A stretch of DNA of 47,688 bases from an uncultured bacterium (GTDB lineage: Bacteria > UBP14 > UBA6098 > B30-G16), in assembly GCA_965552135.1 (NCBI GenBank), contig CBEVQY010000023.1:1-47688 (forward strand). The letters run 5' to 3'. A program made the position numbers and the translations under genes. The notes beneath the pieces are model-generated. The model searched no databases and was not told the origin of the DNA. It saw only the letters and a program-made list of their open reading frames with translations. Below, one piece after another: positions 26,913 through 36,323 of the stretch (position 1 is the stretch's first letter; each line of letters starts with the position of its first letter).

Positions 26913-28678
26913 AGAACCGACCAGGTCAGGGGGGGTTCACGAGGGATTTCATCGAGCGTGTAGTCGAGGCGGTTGACCTTCTGAAGATCTTCGGTCGGTA
27001 CACTGCCCTAAAGCGGTCGGGCAGGCGATACGTTGGGCTCTGCCCGTTCCACACGGAGAAGACGCCCAGCTTCTTCGTCGACCCCGACCGGGGACTGTTC
27101 TACTGCTTCGGCTGCGGGAAGGGCGGCGACGTGTTCGACTTCATCATGGAGAAGGAGGGTCTCTCCTTCCCCGAGGCGGTTGAGTATCTTGCCGGCGAGG
27201 CTGGGATACCGCTTCCGCCAAGGCAGAAGTCAAGCTCTGAGACGGGTCGCCTTCAGCTTGCGGCGGAGGAGGCGCTCAAGTTCTACCAAAGGATGCTCCA
27301 GACGCCCGAGGGCGCTCGCGGCAGGGAATATCTGAAGGGTCGCGGCATAAGCCAAAGCTTTTTGAGGCAGGTTGGCTTCGGCTGGGCGCCCGACAGGTGG
27401 GATGCGCTCAAAAGCTTCGTCGAGCAGAGGGGGCTTGACGTCGAGCCGTTCGTTAAGGTGGGTCTTTTGCTTAAGCACAGCGAGAGGGGCACGCTCTACG
27501 ACCGCTTCCGCGGCGGGGTCATAATCCCGATTCGGCAAAGCTCCGGAAGGCTTGTTGGGTTTGCCATGCGCTCCCTTGCGGAGGGTCAGCCCAAGTACAT
27601 AAACAGCCCCGACTCGCCGCTTTACCACAAAAGCGAGGTTCTCTTCGGTCTCGACAGGGCGCGCAGGGCGATACGCCAGCAGGGCTTCGCCGTTTTGGTG
27701 GAGGGCTATTTCGACGCGATTTCGCTTTGGCAGGCGGGCGTCGAGAACGCAGTTGCCTCGTGCGGAACGGCGTTCACGTCCGAACACGCCGCCGCGCTGG
27801 CGAGGTTCACCGACACTGTGGTGATCTTCTACGACGGCGACAGCTCCGGACTCAAGGCTTCGTACCGAGCGCTCGAGCACCTCCTAAGAAGGGAGCTTGT
27901 GGTCAAGATAGCCCGACCGCCGGAGGGGATGGACCCCGACGACGTCGCCCGCAAGTGGGACGCACAGCAACTCAAAAGCCTCATCGGCTCTGCGCCCGAT
28001 TGGCTTGAGCTTTCGCTTGAGATCGCCGAGCGCGCCGGGATGCTTACTACGGTGGAGGGAAAGCTTCGCTTCGTCGATAGGATGGCGCCCTACATTTTCG
28101 CCCTCGGCGGTGGTATGATGTCTGCGCTTTACAGGCGGCGCCTCGCCGAGGCGCTGGGCGTTGGGGAGAGGGAGCTTGCGGCGCGTATATCCCGCGCAGC
28201 GCGAAGCACGCCACAAACGCCCGAGCAACAGCAAAAGTCCACGTCGACCCCCCTGCCGCCCGAAGCGCAAGCCGAGCTTGATCTCATCGCCATGACCATC
28301 GTGAACCCCTCCCTCTGCGATAAAGTGGCGGCGGCGGGCGTCGTGGAGCTGTACAGAGGCGTCTTCGAGGCGGTCAAAGCCGAGATCGAATCCCGCGGCG
28401 AATGCTCCATATCGGCTCTTGCGGGGCTTATGGAGCCCAGGGCGATGAGCTACGTGACCAAAAGGCTTTTTTCGTACGAGGTCGTTCCGGTCGAGCGGGA
28501 CGCCGAGGACGTCGTTGCGGGTCTTATGCGGCGCAGGCTTCAGCGCGAGCGCGATGAGCTCCGCTCGAAGCTGCGCCAGGCCGAAGCCGAGGGCAATTCC
28601 AAAAAAGCCTCCGAAATACTCTTGAAAATCACCCAGATCTCGCAAAAAATAAATAGGCTGTCTGGACGGGGAGCCTAA
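26909..28678 (+). CDS. dnaG: DNA primase
   Basis: Zn finger CPFHTEKTPSF..CFGC, KYINSP, VEGYFD, TOPRIM YDGD, DPDD. Confidence 0.96.
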   Translation: MKNRPGQGGFTRDFIERVVEAVDLLKIFGRYTALKRSGRRYVGLCPFHTEKTPSFFVDPDRGLFYCFGCGKGGDVFDFIMEKEGLSFPEAVEYLAGEAGIPLPPRQKSSSETGRLQLAAEEALKFYQRMLQTPEGARGREYLKGRGISQSFLRQVGFGWAPDRWDALKSFVEQRGLDVEPFVKVGLLLKHSERGTLYDRFRGGVIIPIRQSSGRLVGFAMRSLAEGQPKYINSPDSPLYHKSEVLFGLDRARRAIRQQGFAVLVEGYFDAISLWQAGVENAVASCGTAFTSEHAAALARFTDTVVIFYDGDSSGLKASYRALEHLLRRELVVKIARPPEGMDPDDVARKWDAQQLKSLIGSAPDWLELSLEIAERAGMLTTVEGKLRFVDRMAPYIFALGGGMMSALYRRRLAEALGVGERELAARISRAARSTPQTPEQQQKSTSTPLPPEAQAELDLIAMTIVNPSLCDKVAAAGVVELYRGVFEAVKAEIESRGECSISALAGLMEPRAMSYVTKRLFSYEVVPVERDAEDVVAGLMRRRLQRERDELRSKLRQAEAEGNSKKASEILLKITQISQKINRLSGRGA

Positions 28679-28691
28679 GTTTGGAGGTTAT

Positions 28692-30353
28692 ATGGACAAC
28701 GGCGACGAAAAGTTGGCGCTTTTGGAGCGTTTGGACGAGGCTTTGGGCGATAAGCAAAGCGTCACGCTTTCTGATGTGAAGCGTCTTTTGGGCGAGCTTA
28801 AGCTTTCGTCGCAGCTGGATGTGGACGAGGCGGTGGACTATCTTGTCGCCCACGGCGTTACCGTCATCGCCCCCAGCGAGGTTGCCCCGCGCGAAGACGC
28901 TTTGACGATGTACTTCAAGGACATAGGCGACGCCACTATACTCGATAAAAGCGCCGAAATCGAGGCGGCGCGCCGAATGCGCGGGGCGATAGAGGAGATG
29001 CAGAAAATGCTTTCCCTCACAACACTCTCGATATCGGCGCTGCTTGTGAAAGGGACCGAGCTTGAGCAGGGCAAAATCGCCGTCGACGACTTCACCATAT
29101 CCTCCTTCAGACCCGCCGACATATCGCCCACGGAGTACCGAAACGATATCCTCCTTGCCCTGCGGAGGATGGCGATAACCTACGACAGGCTCGTTGCGTT
29201 CATAACCTCAAGCAGGCGCGCCAGCATAGGCACAAGGACGTACTGGGAGCGCAAAAGCCGCTACCGCAGCCAGATCGACGAGGAGATCGAGTTTATAAAG
29301 CCCTCCTTCAGGATCATCGAGTCGATTTTGCCGTCGCTTGTCAAGGTCAGGGATTTCTACAGGAACGCCCAGAAGCGCCTTGACGATGTTCTCAGGCTCG
29401 CGGGGGTGAGCCGCAAGCAGGCGAAAGAGCTTTTCGAGGCAAGCGGAGAGGATCGGCTTGCGCTTGCGCAAAAGCTTGGCATAGGCGAAAGCACCCTCGA
29501 TGCCGTCGTCGCCGAGTACCGGAGGTTCGACAGGGTCGAAAGGCGCGTCAGGGACGTAAGCCTCGTCCCGCTGCCAGAGCTCTTCGAGCAGATAGAGCGC
29601 GTCGACGACCTCCTCGACCAGTACGAAAGTGACCGCGAGCTCCTCGTGAAGGCAAACGTCCGACTCGTCATCAACATCGCCAAAAACTACATGAACCAGG
29701 GCGTCGAGTTCCTTGACCTGATACAGGAGGGGAACCACGCTCTTCTTAGAGCCATCGAACGCTTCGACCCCGACAGGGGGTATAAGCTTTCCACCTACGC
29801 GATCTGGTGGATCAGGCAGGCGATGATACGCTGCATAGCGGAGCAGGGTCAGGTTATAAGGCTTCCTGCGTATTTGGTTCAGTGGGCAAGGCGTTATTCG
29901 CGCACGGTTCAGGAGCTTTCGCAGGAGCTTGGGCGCTCGCCGACGAAGGAGGAGGTTGCCGAGGCTTTGGGCATATCCGTAAGCGAGCTTGATGAGTTCC
30001 TTCAGGCGTTGCGGGGGCAGGTCTCCCTCGAGAAAAAGCTTGGTCAGGACGAGGACTCCAGGTCGCTTCTGGAGGTCATTGAGGACGAGAGCGCTGAGTC
30101 GCCATCGCTTGCGGCAACGCTTGCCGTCCTGCAGCGCGAAATACAGAAAATCCTCTCGACCCTGACGCCCAGGGAGGCTAAGGTCATCGCCCTGCGCTTC
30201 GGCTTGGAGGACAACTACCCCAGAACCCTCGAGGAGATCGGCAAGATGCTTGGTCTTTCGCGCGAGAGGGTGCGCCAAATCGAGGCGAAAGCGCTGGCAA
30301 AGCTCCGCCATCCCGCCAAGATGCGCGTGTTGGAAACCTTCCTTAAGGAATGA
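28692..30353 (+). CDS. rpoD: RpoD/SigA-type sigma-70 factor (diverged)
   Basis: Directly after dnaG; ANVRLVINIAK, DLIQEGN, STYAIWWIRQA, TLEEIG..LSRERVRQIEAKAL.KLRHP; long non-conserved region. Confidence 0.8.
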   Translation: MDNGDEKLALLERLDEALGDKQSVTLSDVKRLLGELKLSSQLDVDEAVDYLVAHGVTVIAPSEVAPREDALTMYFKDIGDATILDKSAEIEAARRMRGAIEEMQKMLSLTTLSISALLVKGTELEQGKIAVDDFTISSFRPADISPTEYRNDILLALRRMAITYDRLVAFITSSRRASIGTRTYWERKSRYRSQIDEEIEFIKPSFRIIESILPSLVKVRDFYRNAQKRLDDVLRLAGVSRKQAKELFEASGEDRLALAQKLGIGESTLDAVVAEYRRFDRVERRVRDVSLVPLPELFEQIERVDDLLDQYESDRELLVKANVRLVINIAKNYMNQGVEFLDLIQEGNHALLRAIERFDPDRGYKLSTYAIWWIRQAMIRCIAEQGQVIRLPAYLVQWARRYSRTVQELSQELGRSPTKEEVAEALGISVSELDEFLQALRGQVSLEKKLGQDEDSRSLLEVIEDESAESPSLAATLAVLQREIQKILSTLTPREAKVIALRFGLEDNYPRTLEEIGKMLGLSRERVRQIEAKALAKLRHPAKMRVLETFLKE

Positions 30354-30380
30354 CTCCCGCGCCGCTTGTGGAACACCGCC

Positions 30381-31223
30381 CTAAAGGAGTCTGAGTTCGG
30401 GCTTCACAAGCCCGATCATCTGTGCGAAGGCTTTTGCGTTCAGTCCGGCTTTGCCGCGGTGGCAGTTGTTGAAGAAGACGAAGACCTTTTTCGCGCCCCT
30501 TGCGAAAAGCTCCTTCGCAAGCTCCGATATCCACGTAAGCTCCGCGCTTGTGTAGAGGTAGTCGTATCGGTCTTTTTCTTCGTCGTACCAGTTTGCCGCG
30601 TTGCGCCCGTGGAGCCTTATGTATCCGGCATCGCCTGTTACGATGGGCTTTGGCGGCATAAGTTCTGGCAGCCTTGGTGCGTCGGGAACGACCCATCCGG
30701 CGCCGTGGGCTCGCAGAACCCGCTCGAGCCTCGACCCAGCCCGCTCAAGCTCCAAAAGCCAGCCCGCGTTGCGAAACTCGAAGAAAACCCTCCCATCGCA
30801 CGCCTCCGCAACAGCCGAAACGTAATCGATGTTACCCTCCTCCGCGCGAAACGAGACGGGGAACTGAGCCAAATACCCATCGACGACCCCGGCGCTTTGC
30901 AAAGGCTCTGTGGCGTCCGCAAGCTTTGAGAAGCACTCCCGAAGCGATGAGCGCGAAGGCTGCGCGTGCGTTATATCCCTCGGAAGCTTTATGATGAGAT
31001 GGAACCCCTCGGGCAGCTTTTGGGCAAGCGCCTCCATCCGCTTGCGCGGCGGGATGGCGTAGAAGGTGGTGTTAAGCTCGAGGGCGTTGAAGATGCTGGT
31101 GTAGTATCTGATCCAGTGTTCCTGAGGCAGACCTTTGGGGTAAAAGCTTCCGCGCCAGTCGGGGAAGACGTAACCCGATGTCCCCACAAGGATCCTGTGG
31201 CGAATGTCGACCGCGCCGCTCAT
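30381..31223 (-). CDS. DUF72 family protein
   Basis: VGTSGY, ELNTTFY, QFP, EFRN, YIRLHGRN, YDYLY, FFNN. Confidence 0.9.
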   Translation of the reverse strand: MSGAVDIRHRILVGTSGYVFPDWRGSFYPKGLPQEHWIRYYTSIFNALELNTTFYAIPPRKRMEALAQKLPEGFHLIIKLPRDITHAQPSRSSLRECFSKLADATEPLQSAGVVDGYLAQFPVSFRAEEGNIDYVSAVAEACDGRVFFEFRNAGWLLELERAGSRLERVLRAHGAGWVVPDAPRLPELMPPKPIVTGDAGYIRLHGRNAANWYDEEKDRYDYLYTSAELTWISELAKELFARGAKKVFVFFNNCHRGKAGLNAKAFAQMIGLVKPELRLL

Positions 31224-32476
31224 CGGGTCTTCGACACCTCCTCGATGAACTTCGCCAGCCTGGGCACCACGGATTTTGCGTTGAACGCATCGGCGTCGCC
31301 GTCTACGGCAAGATTTCCGCTCTGCCAGAGGCGGAACATCTTGGTGATGATCCCCGCGGCAAGCGGCGGCTCGTCTATCGGGGCGAAGAAGCCGAGCCTG
31401 TGTGCAAGCACAAGCCTCCCAAGCTCGCTGTTTTTCGGCGCAAGCGCAAGGATCGGTCTTTGCGCGCCGATGTAATCGAACACCTTGCCCGGCAGGATCT
31501 GATGTCCGCCGAACCGCTCCGGAAGCGTTACGAACACCAAATTAGCGTCGGCTTTGCGTTGATTTGCGAGAGCCTCGCTGTGGCTTGCGTGGGGGAGGAT
31601 TTTGACCCAGCTGTATCGTCCGAGGAGGCGTTCGGCGCGCCGCGAAAGGTGCCCCTGCAGGACGAGCAAAATCCCCTCGAGGACATCGTCGGGCAGGAGG
31701 GAGATGATGCCCAGAAGCGGCTCGGGGTCGTTGTAGCGGTGGAGTGACCCTGAGTGCAGCATCACGAACCGCTCGCCGCGCTCGTAGTCGGGCAGGTTTT
31801 CGTAGTCGTCGGGGTCGAACGGCGTGGGTACGACGCACACGGGCGCGTTGGTGTAGGACGAGACGGTGGTTCGGAAGGCTTCCGCCGGCACCGTGACGCC
31901 GTCGGCGAAGGCGAGCCAACGCGTCACAAGCTCCTGCGCCCTCAAGCGCTGAAGGCGGTTCGCCACGCGACGCGCAAACGAGCCGTAAGGATGATAAAGC
32001 CACAGAAGATCTCTCATGTCGACCACAACGGGCGTTTGAGGGGAGAGCCTCTTTACGTCCTCCACAAGCCCCATGGCGCTGAACGGCGGGACGGTCACGA
32101 TCACCACGTCGGGTTTGTGTGCGCGGAGTATTTCCCCAAGCTGTGCGGCGACGTTCCTCCGCCAGGGGTACATCGGGTCGAGGTTTCCGACGGCGCCCAG
32201 CGCGAGGGCGATTTTTACGGGCAAGCCGGCAACGCCCTTGGAGTAGAACTGGTCGGCGCCGGGGGACGGGAAGCGCAGGACCGTCATTCCGCGGGTTTTC
32301 TCAAGCAGGCTCTCGTCGGTTATGCGCCACGGGCGCCTGTTCGCCGACGAAACAACGACGACCTCCCACCCGAATCGGGGGAGGTACTTGGCGAACCTCA
32401 GGGCGCGCTGGCACGATATCCCACCCGAAGGGGGGAAGAAGTACGAGAAAAGCGCTATTTTGCCGCGCGCAGACAT
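31220..32476 (-). CDS. GT-B fold glycosyltransferase (GT4-like)
   Basis: YFFPP.GG..R...AKYL...GW, TVPPFS, DMRDLW, PGKVFDYIGAQRPIL. Confidence 0.82.
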   Translation of the reverse strand: MSARGKIALFSYFFPPSGGISCQRALRFAKYLPRFGWEVVVVSSANRRPWRITDESLLEKTRGMTVLRFPSPGADQFYSKGVAGLPVKIALALGAVGNLDPMYPWRRNVAAQLGEILRAHKPDVVIVTVPPFSAMGLVEDVKRLSPQTPVVVDMRDLLWLYHPYGSFARRVANRLQRLRAQELVTRWLAFADGVTVPAEAFRTTVSSYTNAPVCVVPTPFDPDDYENLPDYERGERFVMLHSGSLHRYNDPEPLLGIISLLPDDVLEGILLVLQGHLSRRAERLLGRYSWVKILPHASHSEALANQRKADANLVFVTLPERFGGHQILPGKVFDYIGAQRPILALAPKNSELGRLVLAHRLGFFAPIDEPPLAAGIITKMFRLWQSGNLAVDGDADAFNAKSVVPRLAKFIEEVSKTR

Positions 32477-33471
32477 GGCGTCTTCGAAACCACCCTCCTT
32501 GCCGCCTCAACGACGACCTCGGGGCGTATTCCCCTCATGCACTTGTGGTGTCCGAGTGGGCAACGTTTGCCGCCGTGCTTGCCGCAGGGGCGGCAATCGA
32601 GCTCCAGTTGGACAACGGCGTTTCGCTCGCCGAAGGGGGCAAAACCCTGCTCGGGCGTCGTCGGACCGAATATAGATACAACAGGCGTCCCCACAGCCGA
32701 CGCTATGTGCCCTGCGCCTGTGTCGCCGCAGACGAGGATGTCGCACCTTCTGAGGATCGCGGCAACGGTCAGGATCTCCTCGCCGACTATGGCAGAAGCT
32801 CCGGGCACAGCCGACGCGACCAAGCGGCACAGCTCCTCCTCGCTGCGCGAACCCAAAACGATCACCCTAAAGCCCTCCGCGGAAAGCCCCTTCGCAACCT
32901 CGTCGAAGAAGGGGTATCGCTTCGTTTCCCACTGCGAGCCGGGCGCTATGGCTGCAAGCGGCGCCGAATCCAGCCCCGCGGAGCGGAGAATTTCTGCCGC
33001 CCTCTCCTCGTGCCTGTCCTGCGGGTAGAGCCTGGGCGGAACAACCCTCGCCTCGATGCCCAAAGGCGTAAGGAGCTCAAGCAGGCGAACAAGCTCGTGC
33101 CGCTTTGCCCTGTACGGGACGGTGTGCGTGTACAGCGCGCGTGCTGGCGCGCTTTTGAATCCGATTCTTTCGGGGATTCGCGCCAGGTAAGCCAGGATGG
33201 CGCTTCGCCACCACATCTGCGGCAGAAGCGCCGCGTCGTAGCCTCGCTTCTTCAGGGCGCGCGCCTTGCGCAGAAGCCCCAATGCTCCGCGCTCTTGCCC
33301 GCGCTTGTCGAAGGTTATCACCTCGTGAACGTGCGGATTGCCTTCGTACACTTGGCTCCAGGCGGGCGTCGTCACGACATCCACTTCGCCCGCGCAGGCG
33401 AGGTTCTCCACGAGGGGCGTGGTGAGGATGTTGTCGCCGAGCCAGGCTGTCTGTATCACTACGAAGCGCAT
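32455..33471 (-). CDS. waaF: GT9 lipopolysaccharide heptosyltransferase
   Basis: QTAWLGDNILTTP, APGSQWETKRY, GDTGAGHIASA..TPVVSIFGPT, CRPC..C..C. Confidence 0.8.
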   Translation of the reverse strand: MRFVVIQTAWLGDNILTTPLVENLACAGEVDVVTTPAWSQVYEGNPHVHEVITFDKRGQERGALGLLRKARALKKRGYDAALLPQMWWRSAILAYLARIPERIGFKSAPARALYTHTVPYRAKRHELVRLLELLTPLGIEARVVPPRLYPQDRHEERAAEILRSAGLDSAPLAAIAPGSQWETKRYPFFDEVAKGLSAEGFRVIVLGSRSEEELCRLVASAVPGASAIVGEEILTVAAILRRCDILVCGDTGAGHIASAVGTPVVSIFGPTTPEQGFAPFGERNAVVQLELDCRPCGKHGGKRCPLGHHKCMRGIRPEVVVEAARRVVSKTPCLRAAK

Positions 33472-33914
33472 TTCCCCTCCTGCGAGGCGAGCTTCACAAG
33501 CTCTGCGAGCACCGCTGCGGTTTTTTCGTCGGGAGCGCGAACGCTCCAGCCGCGAAAACGGTCCAGAAAGCTTTTCCGCGGATACGGCGAGAGCAACACC
33601 TCCCTGCCAACGACCACGGCGCGCCTGAAGCTCCTCCAGCTGGCAACGCGCTCAACGCCCAAAAACCTCTCACGTATCCCTGTCCCGTCGGCTGCGTACT
33701 CGATGGGGAGGAAGAACCTCGCAAGCCCCAGGAAGAGGAAGCACACCGCAAAGATCCCCCACCAAAGCGAGTCCATAAAGATAGCTGCGGCAAACCCCGC
33801 AACAACAATTATGGCTATTGCGAACACGCCCTTTGCGGGTTCCTCCTTGGCGCGGTGCGCCCTCCAGCGCAGTGGAAGCATGCGGGAGATGTCGTCCTGC
33901 ACAAAGCACATCAC
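33459..33914 (-). CDS. Hypothetical membrane protein (two TM helices plus soluble C-domain)
   Basis: Two hydrophobic segments; overlaps both neighbours in an operon-like arrangement. Confidence 0.7.
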   Translation of the reverse strand: MMCFVQDDISRMLPLRWRAHRAKEEPAKGVFAIAIIVVAGFAAAIFMDSLWWGIFAVCFLFLGLARFFLPIEYAADGTGIRERFLGVERVASWRSFRRAVVVGREVLLSPYPRKSFLDRFRGWSVRAPDEKTAAVLAELVKLASQEGKCAS

Positions 33915-34144
33915 TTAGGGGCGGTGCGCTCCCTCTCTATCTCGCCAAGCTGCTCCACAAACTCCTCGGGCGATATGATCCCCTTGCGGGCGAGGATCCT
34001 AACAAGTGCCTCGAGGGCGATGTTGTTGGAGAGGGCAAGCTCCTCGAAGCTTATCTCCCGCTCTTTGCCGTCGACGACGATGATAAGTGCGGTGCGTTTC
34101 CCGTCGCCCGACGTCGATGCGGTGCGCTCCCTGTCCTCCGACAT
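33911..34144 (-). CDS. Small hypothetical protein
   Basis: GAGG RBS, 4-nt overlap with the downstream gene; EALVRILARKGIISPEE helix. Confidence 0.65.
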   Translation of the reverse strand: MSEDRERTASTSGDGKRTALIIVVDGKEREISFEELALSNNIALEALVRILARKGIISPEEFVEQLGEIERERTAPK

Positions 34145-34168
34145 CCAATTGACCTCGCTTCAATGACT

Positions 34169-35413
34169 TCAGTCCCCTTCCCCGCTGTCCTCAAAAACCT
34201 TGAGCTTCGCCTCGGGGATTTGATGCCCCAGCTTGTCCCTCTTCGTCCTGAGGTATTTGACGTTGAAGGGGTTTGGGTCGGCGACTATCGGCACGCGCTC
34301 GACTATCTTGAGCCCATATCCCTCAAGTCCGACTATTTTGCGCGGGTTGTTCGTAAGAAGCCTAATTGTGGAAAGACCGAGGTCGGCGAGGATCTGCGCG
34401 CCTATGCCGTAGTCGCGCAGGTCGGCTTCGTGCCCAAGCCGGCAGTTAGCCTCCACAGTGTCGAAGCCGAGGTCCTGGAGGTGGTAGGCTTTGATCTTCT
34501 CGACAAGACCTATCCCGCGCCCCTCCTGCCTCATATACAGGAGCACGCCAGCGCCTTCTTCCTCGATTTGGCGCATGGCTGCGTGGAGTTGGTCGCCGCA
34601 GTCGCACCTGAGCGAGCCCAGAAGATCCCCCGTGAAGCACTCCGAGTGGACGCGCACAAGGACGTTTTTCTTCCCCGCAACTTCGCCCTTGACGAGCGCG
34701 ATGTGCTCTTCGCCCGTGAGCACGTCGCGGTAGACGATGATGTCGAAGTTCCCCCAGCGCGTTGGCAGTTTGGCGCGGGCAACGCGCTCAACAAGCTTCT
34801 CCGTCCGACGACGATACTCGATAAGGTCGGCTATCGTTACTATCTTGAGGTTGAACTTTTGCGCTATCTTCACGAGTTCGGGCAGGCGAGCCATCGTTCC
34901 GTCGTCGCTCATTATTTCGCACAGCACGCCGGCGGGATACAGCCCAGCGAGTCTCGCCAGGTCGACCGATGCCTCGGTGTGTCCGGCGCGCCGCAGAACG
35001 CCGCCCCTTACGGCAACAAGCGGGAATATGTGCCCCGGCCGGGCGAGGTCCTCGGGCTTCGTGTTGGGGTCTATGAGCGCCTTTATCGTCGCCGCGCGGT
35101 CGTAGGCGGATATGCCCGTAGTCGTTCCGTGGATGTAGTCGACGGACTCGGTGAAAGCCGTTCCGAGGCGGGCGGTGTTGCGCTGAACCATCGGCTGGAG
35201 GTCAAGCTCCTGCGCGCGCTCGGGCGTTATCGACACACAAATAAGCCCACGACCGTACTTCGCCATGAAGTTGACCATCTGCGGCGTCGCCATCTGCGCC
35301 GCACCAACGAAATCGCCCTCGTTCTCGCGGTTCTCGTCGTCGACGACTATCACAACCTTCCCCGCGCGAAGATCAGAAAGAGCCTCGGGTATGGTGGAAA
35401 ACACCTTCTCCAT
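34169..35413 (-). CDS. ribBA: Bifunctional DHBP synthase / GTP cyclohydrolase II
   Basis: [55 protein letters not shown]. Confidence 0.97.
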   Translation of the reverse strand: MEKVFSTIPEALSDLRAGKVVIVVDDENRENEGDFVGAAQMATPQMVNFMAKYGRGLICVSITPERAQELDLQPMVQRNTARLGTAFTESVDYIHGTTTGISAYDRAATIKALIDPNTKPEDLARPGHIFPLVAVRGGVLRRAGHTEASVDLARLAGLYPAGVLCEIMSDDGTMARLPELVKIAQKFNLKIVTIADLIEYRRRTEKLVERVARAKLPTRWGNFDIIVYRDVLTGEEHIALVKGEVAGKKNVLVRVHSECFTGDLLGSLRCDCGDQLHAAMRQIEEEGAGVLLYMRQEGRGIGLVEKIKAYHLQDLGFDTVEANCRLGHEADLRDYGIGAQILADLGLSTIRLLTNNPRKIVGLEGYGLKIVERVPIVADPNPFNVKYLRTKRDKLGHQIPEAKLKVFEDSGEGD

Positions 35414-35439
35414 CCTCCCGCGCCCTAAAGCTTCTAAGA

Positions 35440-35468
35440 ATAATACCTAGGGCGTCCGCCTTCAGCAA
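35440..35468 (-). promoter_or_regulatory. Putative sigma-70 promoter of the ribBA operon
   Basis: Minus strand TTGCTG-N17-TATTAT. Confidence 0.5.
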
Positions 35469-35499
35469 CACATTTGTGGGTTTGTGCAGGCAAACCAAA

Positions 35500-35572
<73 letters not shown>

Positions 35573-35657
35573 CTCATAAATAAATAGAGACCACATCCCT
35601 CCGTGTCAAGGGATTTCCAACTTGCGCTTGCGGCAAGCTTTGGGTTTTTTGAGTGTG

Positions 35658-35810
35658 ATGAGCGAGGTTGACGAAAGGGTGGTTGAGTTGCTTCGTCGGC
35701 AGGTTATGCGCCTTTTCCGCCGCGGCGACCTCGACGACCACGACAAAAAGCTTGTGGAGAAGTGGATTTTGCGCTTTGCGAAGATGGAGGCGGAGGATGC
35801 GTCCGGTTGA
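35658..35810 (+). CDS. Small helical hypothetical protein overlapping the ImmA/IrrE gene
   Basis: MSEVDERVVELLRRQVMRLFRRGDLDDHDKKLVEKWILRFAKMEAEDASG; 14-nt overlap with the next ORF. Confidence 0.5.
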   Translation: MSEVDERVVELLRRQVMRLFRRGDLDDHDKKLVEKWILRFAKMEAEDASG

Positions 35811-36264
35811 CTATGCGCGCGAGCTTTTCAGGTTCATCGACATGGACGACCCGCCGGTTCGACTCGAAAGGATACTGGAGGCTTTGGACGTAAAGCTTTA
35901 CTACGAGGATTTTCACTTTCTCGACGGCATAGCCCTGAAATCTCCTCGGCGGGGCGTGATAGTCGTCAACAGGAACCTGCCCCTTGTGCGCCAGAGGTTC
36001 ACGATCGCGCACGAGCTGGGGCACATCGTTATGCCGCACAAAAGTAAGTACTACATCTGCTTTCCCGGTCGCAACAAGGCGATGGAGCGCGCTGCAAACA
36101 GGTTCGCTGCGGAGCTTCTCATGCCCGAGCCTATGACGAGAAGGCTTTGGGAGAAGTATAGCTCCAACCCCGAGTTTCAGGTCGAGATCGTGGCTAACAT
36201 ACTGCAGGTATCGAAGGCGGCGCTTTTTGCAAGGCTCAGGGAGCTTGGGCTCGTTTACAGGTGA
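35797..36264 (+). CDS. ImmA/IrrE family metallo-endopeptidase
   Basis: RQRFTIAHELGH (HExxH) and ERAANRFAAELLMP; GGAGG RBS. Confidence 0.88.
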   Translation: MRPVDYARELFRFIDMDDPPVRLERILEALDVKLYYEDFHFLDGIALKSPRRGVIVVNRNLPLVRQRFTIAHELGHIVMPHKSKYYICFPGRNKAMERAANRFAAELLMPEPMTRRLWEKYSSNPEFQVEIVANILQVSKAALFARLRELGLVYR

Positions 36265-36285
36265 GCCGGGTCAGTCTTTCATCGC

Positions 36286-36315
36286 TTGACAAAGCCTGTA
36301 GGAAAGAGTTATAGT
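36286..36315 (+). promoter_or_regulatory. Sigma-70 promoter, probably leaderless transcript
   Basis: TTGACA-N18-TATAGT, with TTG/GTG start codons 5-8 nt downstream. Confidence 0.55.
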
Positions 36316-36323
36316 TTTGATTG

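Noticed and set aside
35414..35499. FMN riboswitch upstream of ribBA
   Set aside because: Too short, and the RFN consensus (AGGGC.GGG.GAAATTCCC.ACCG) is absent.
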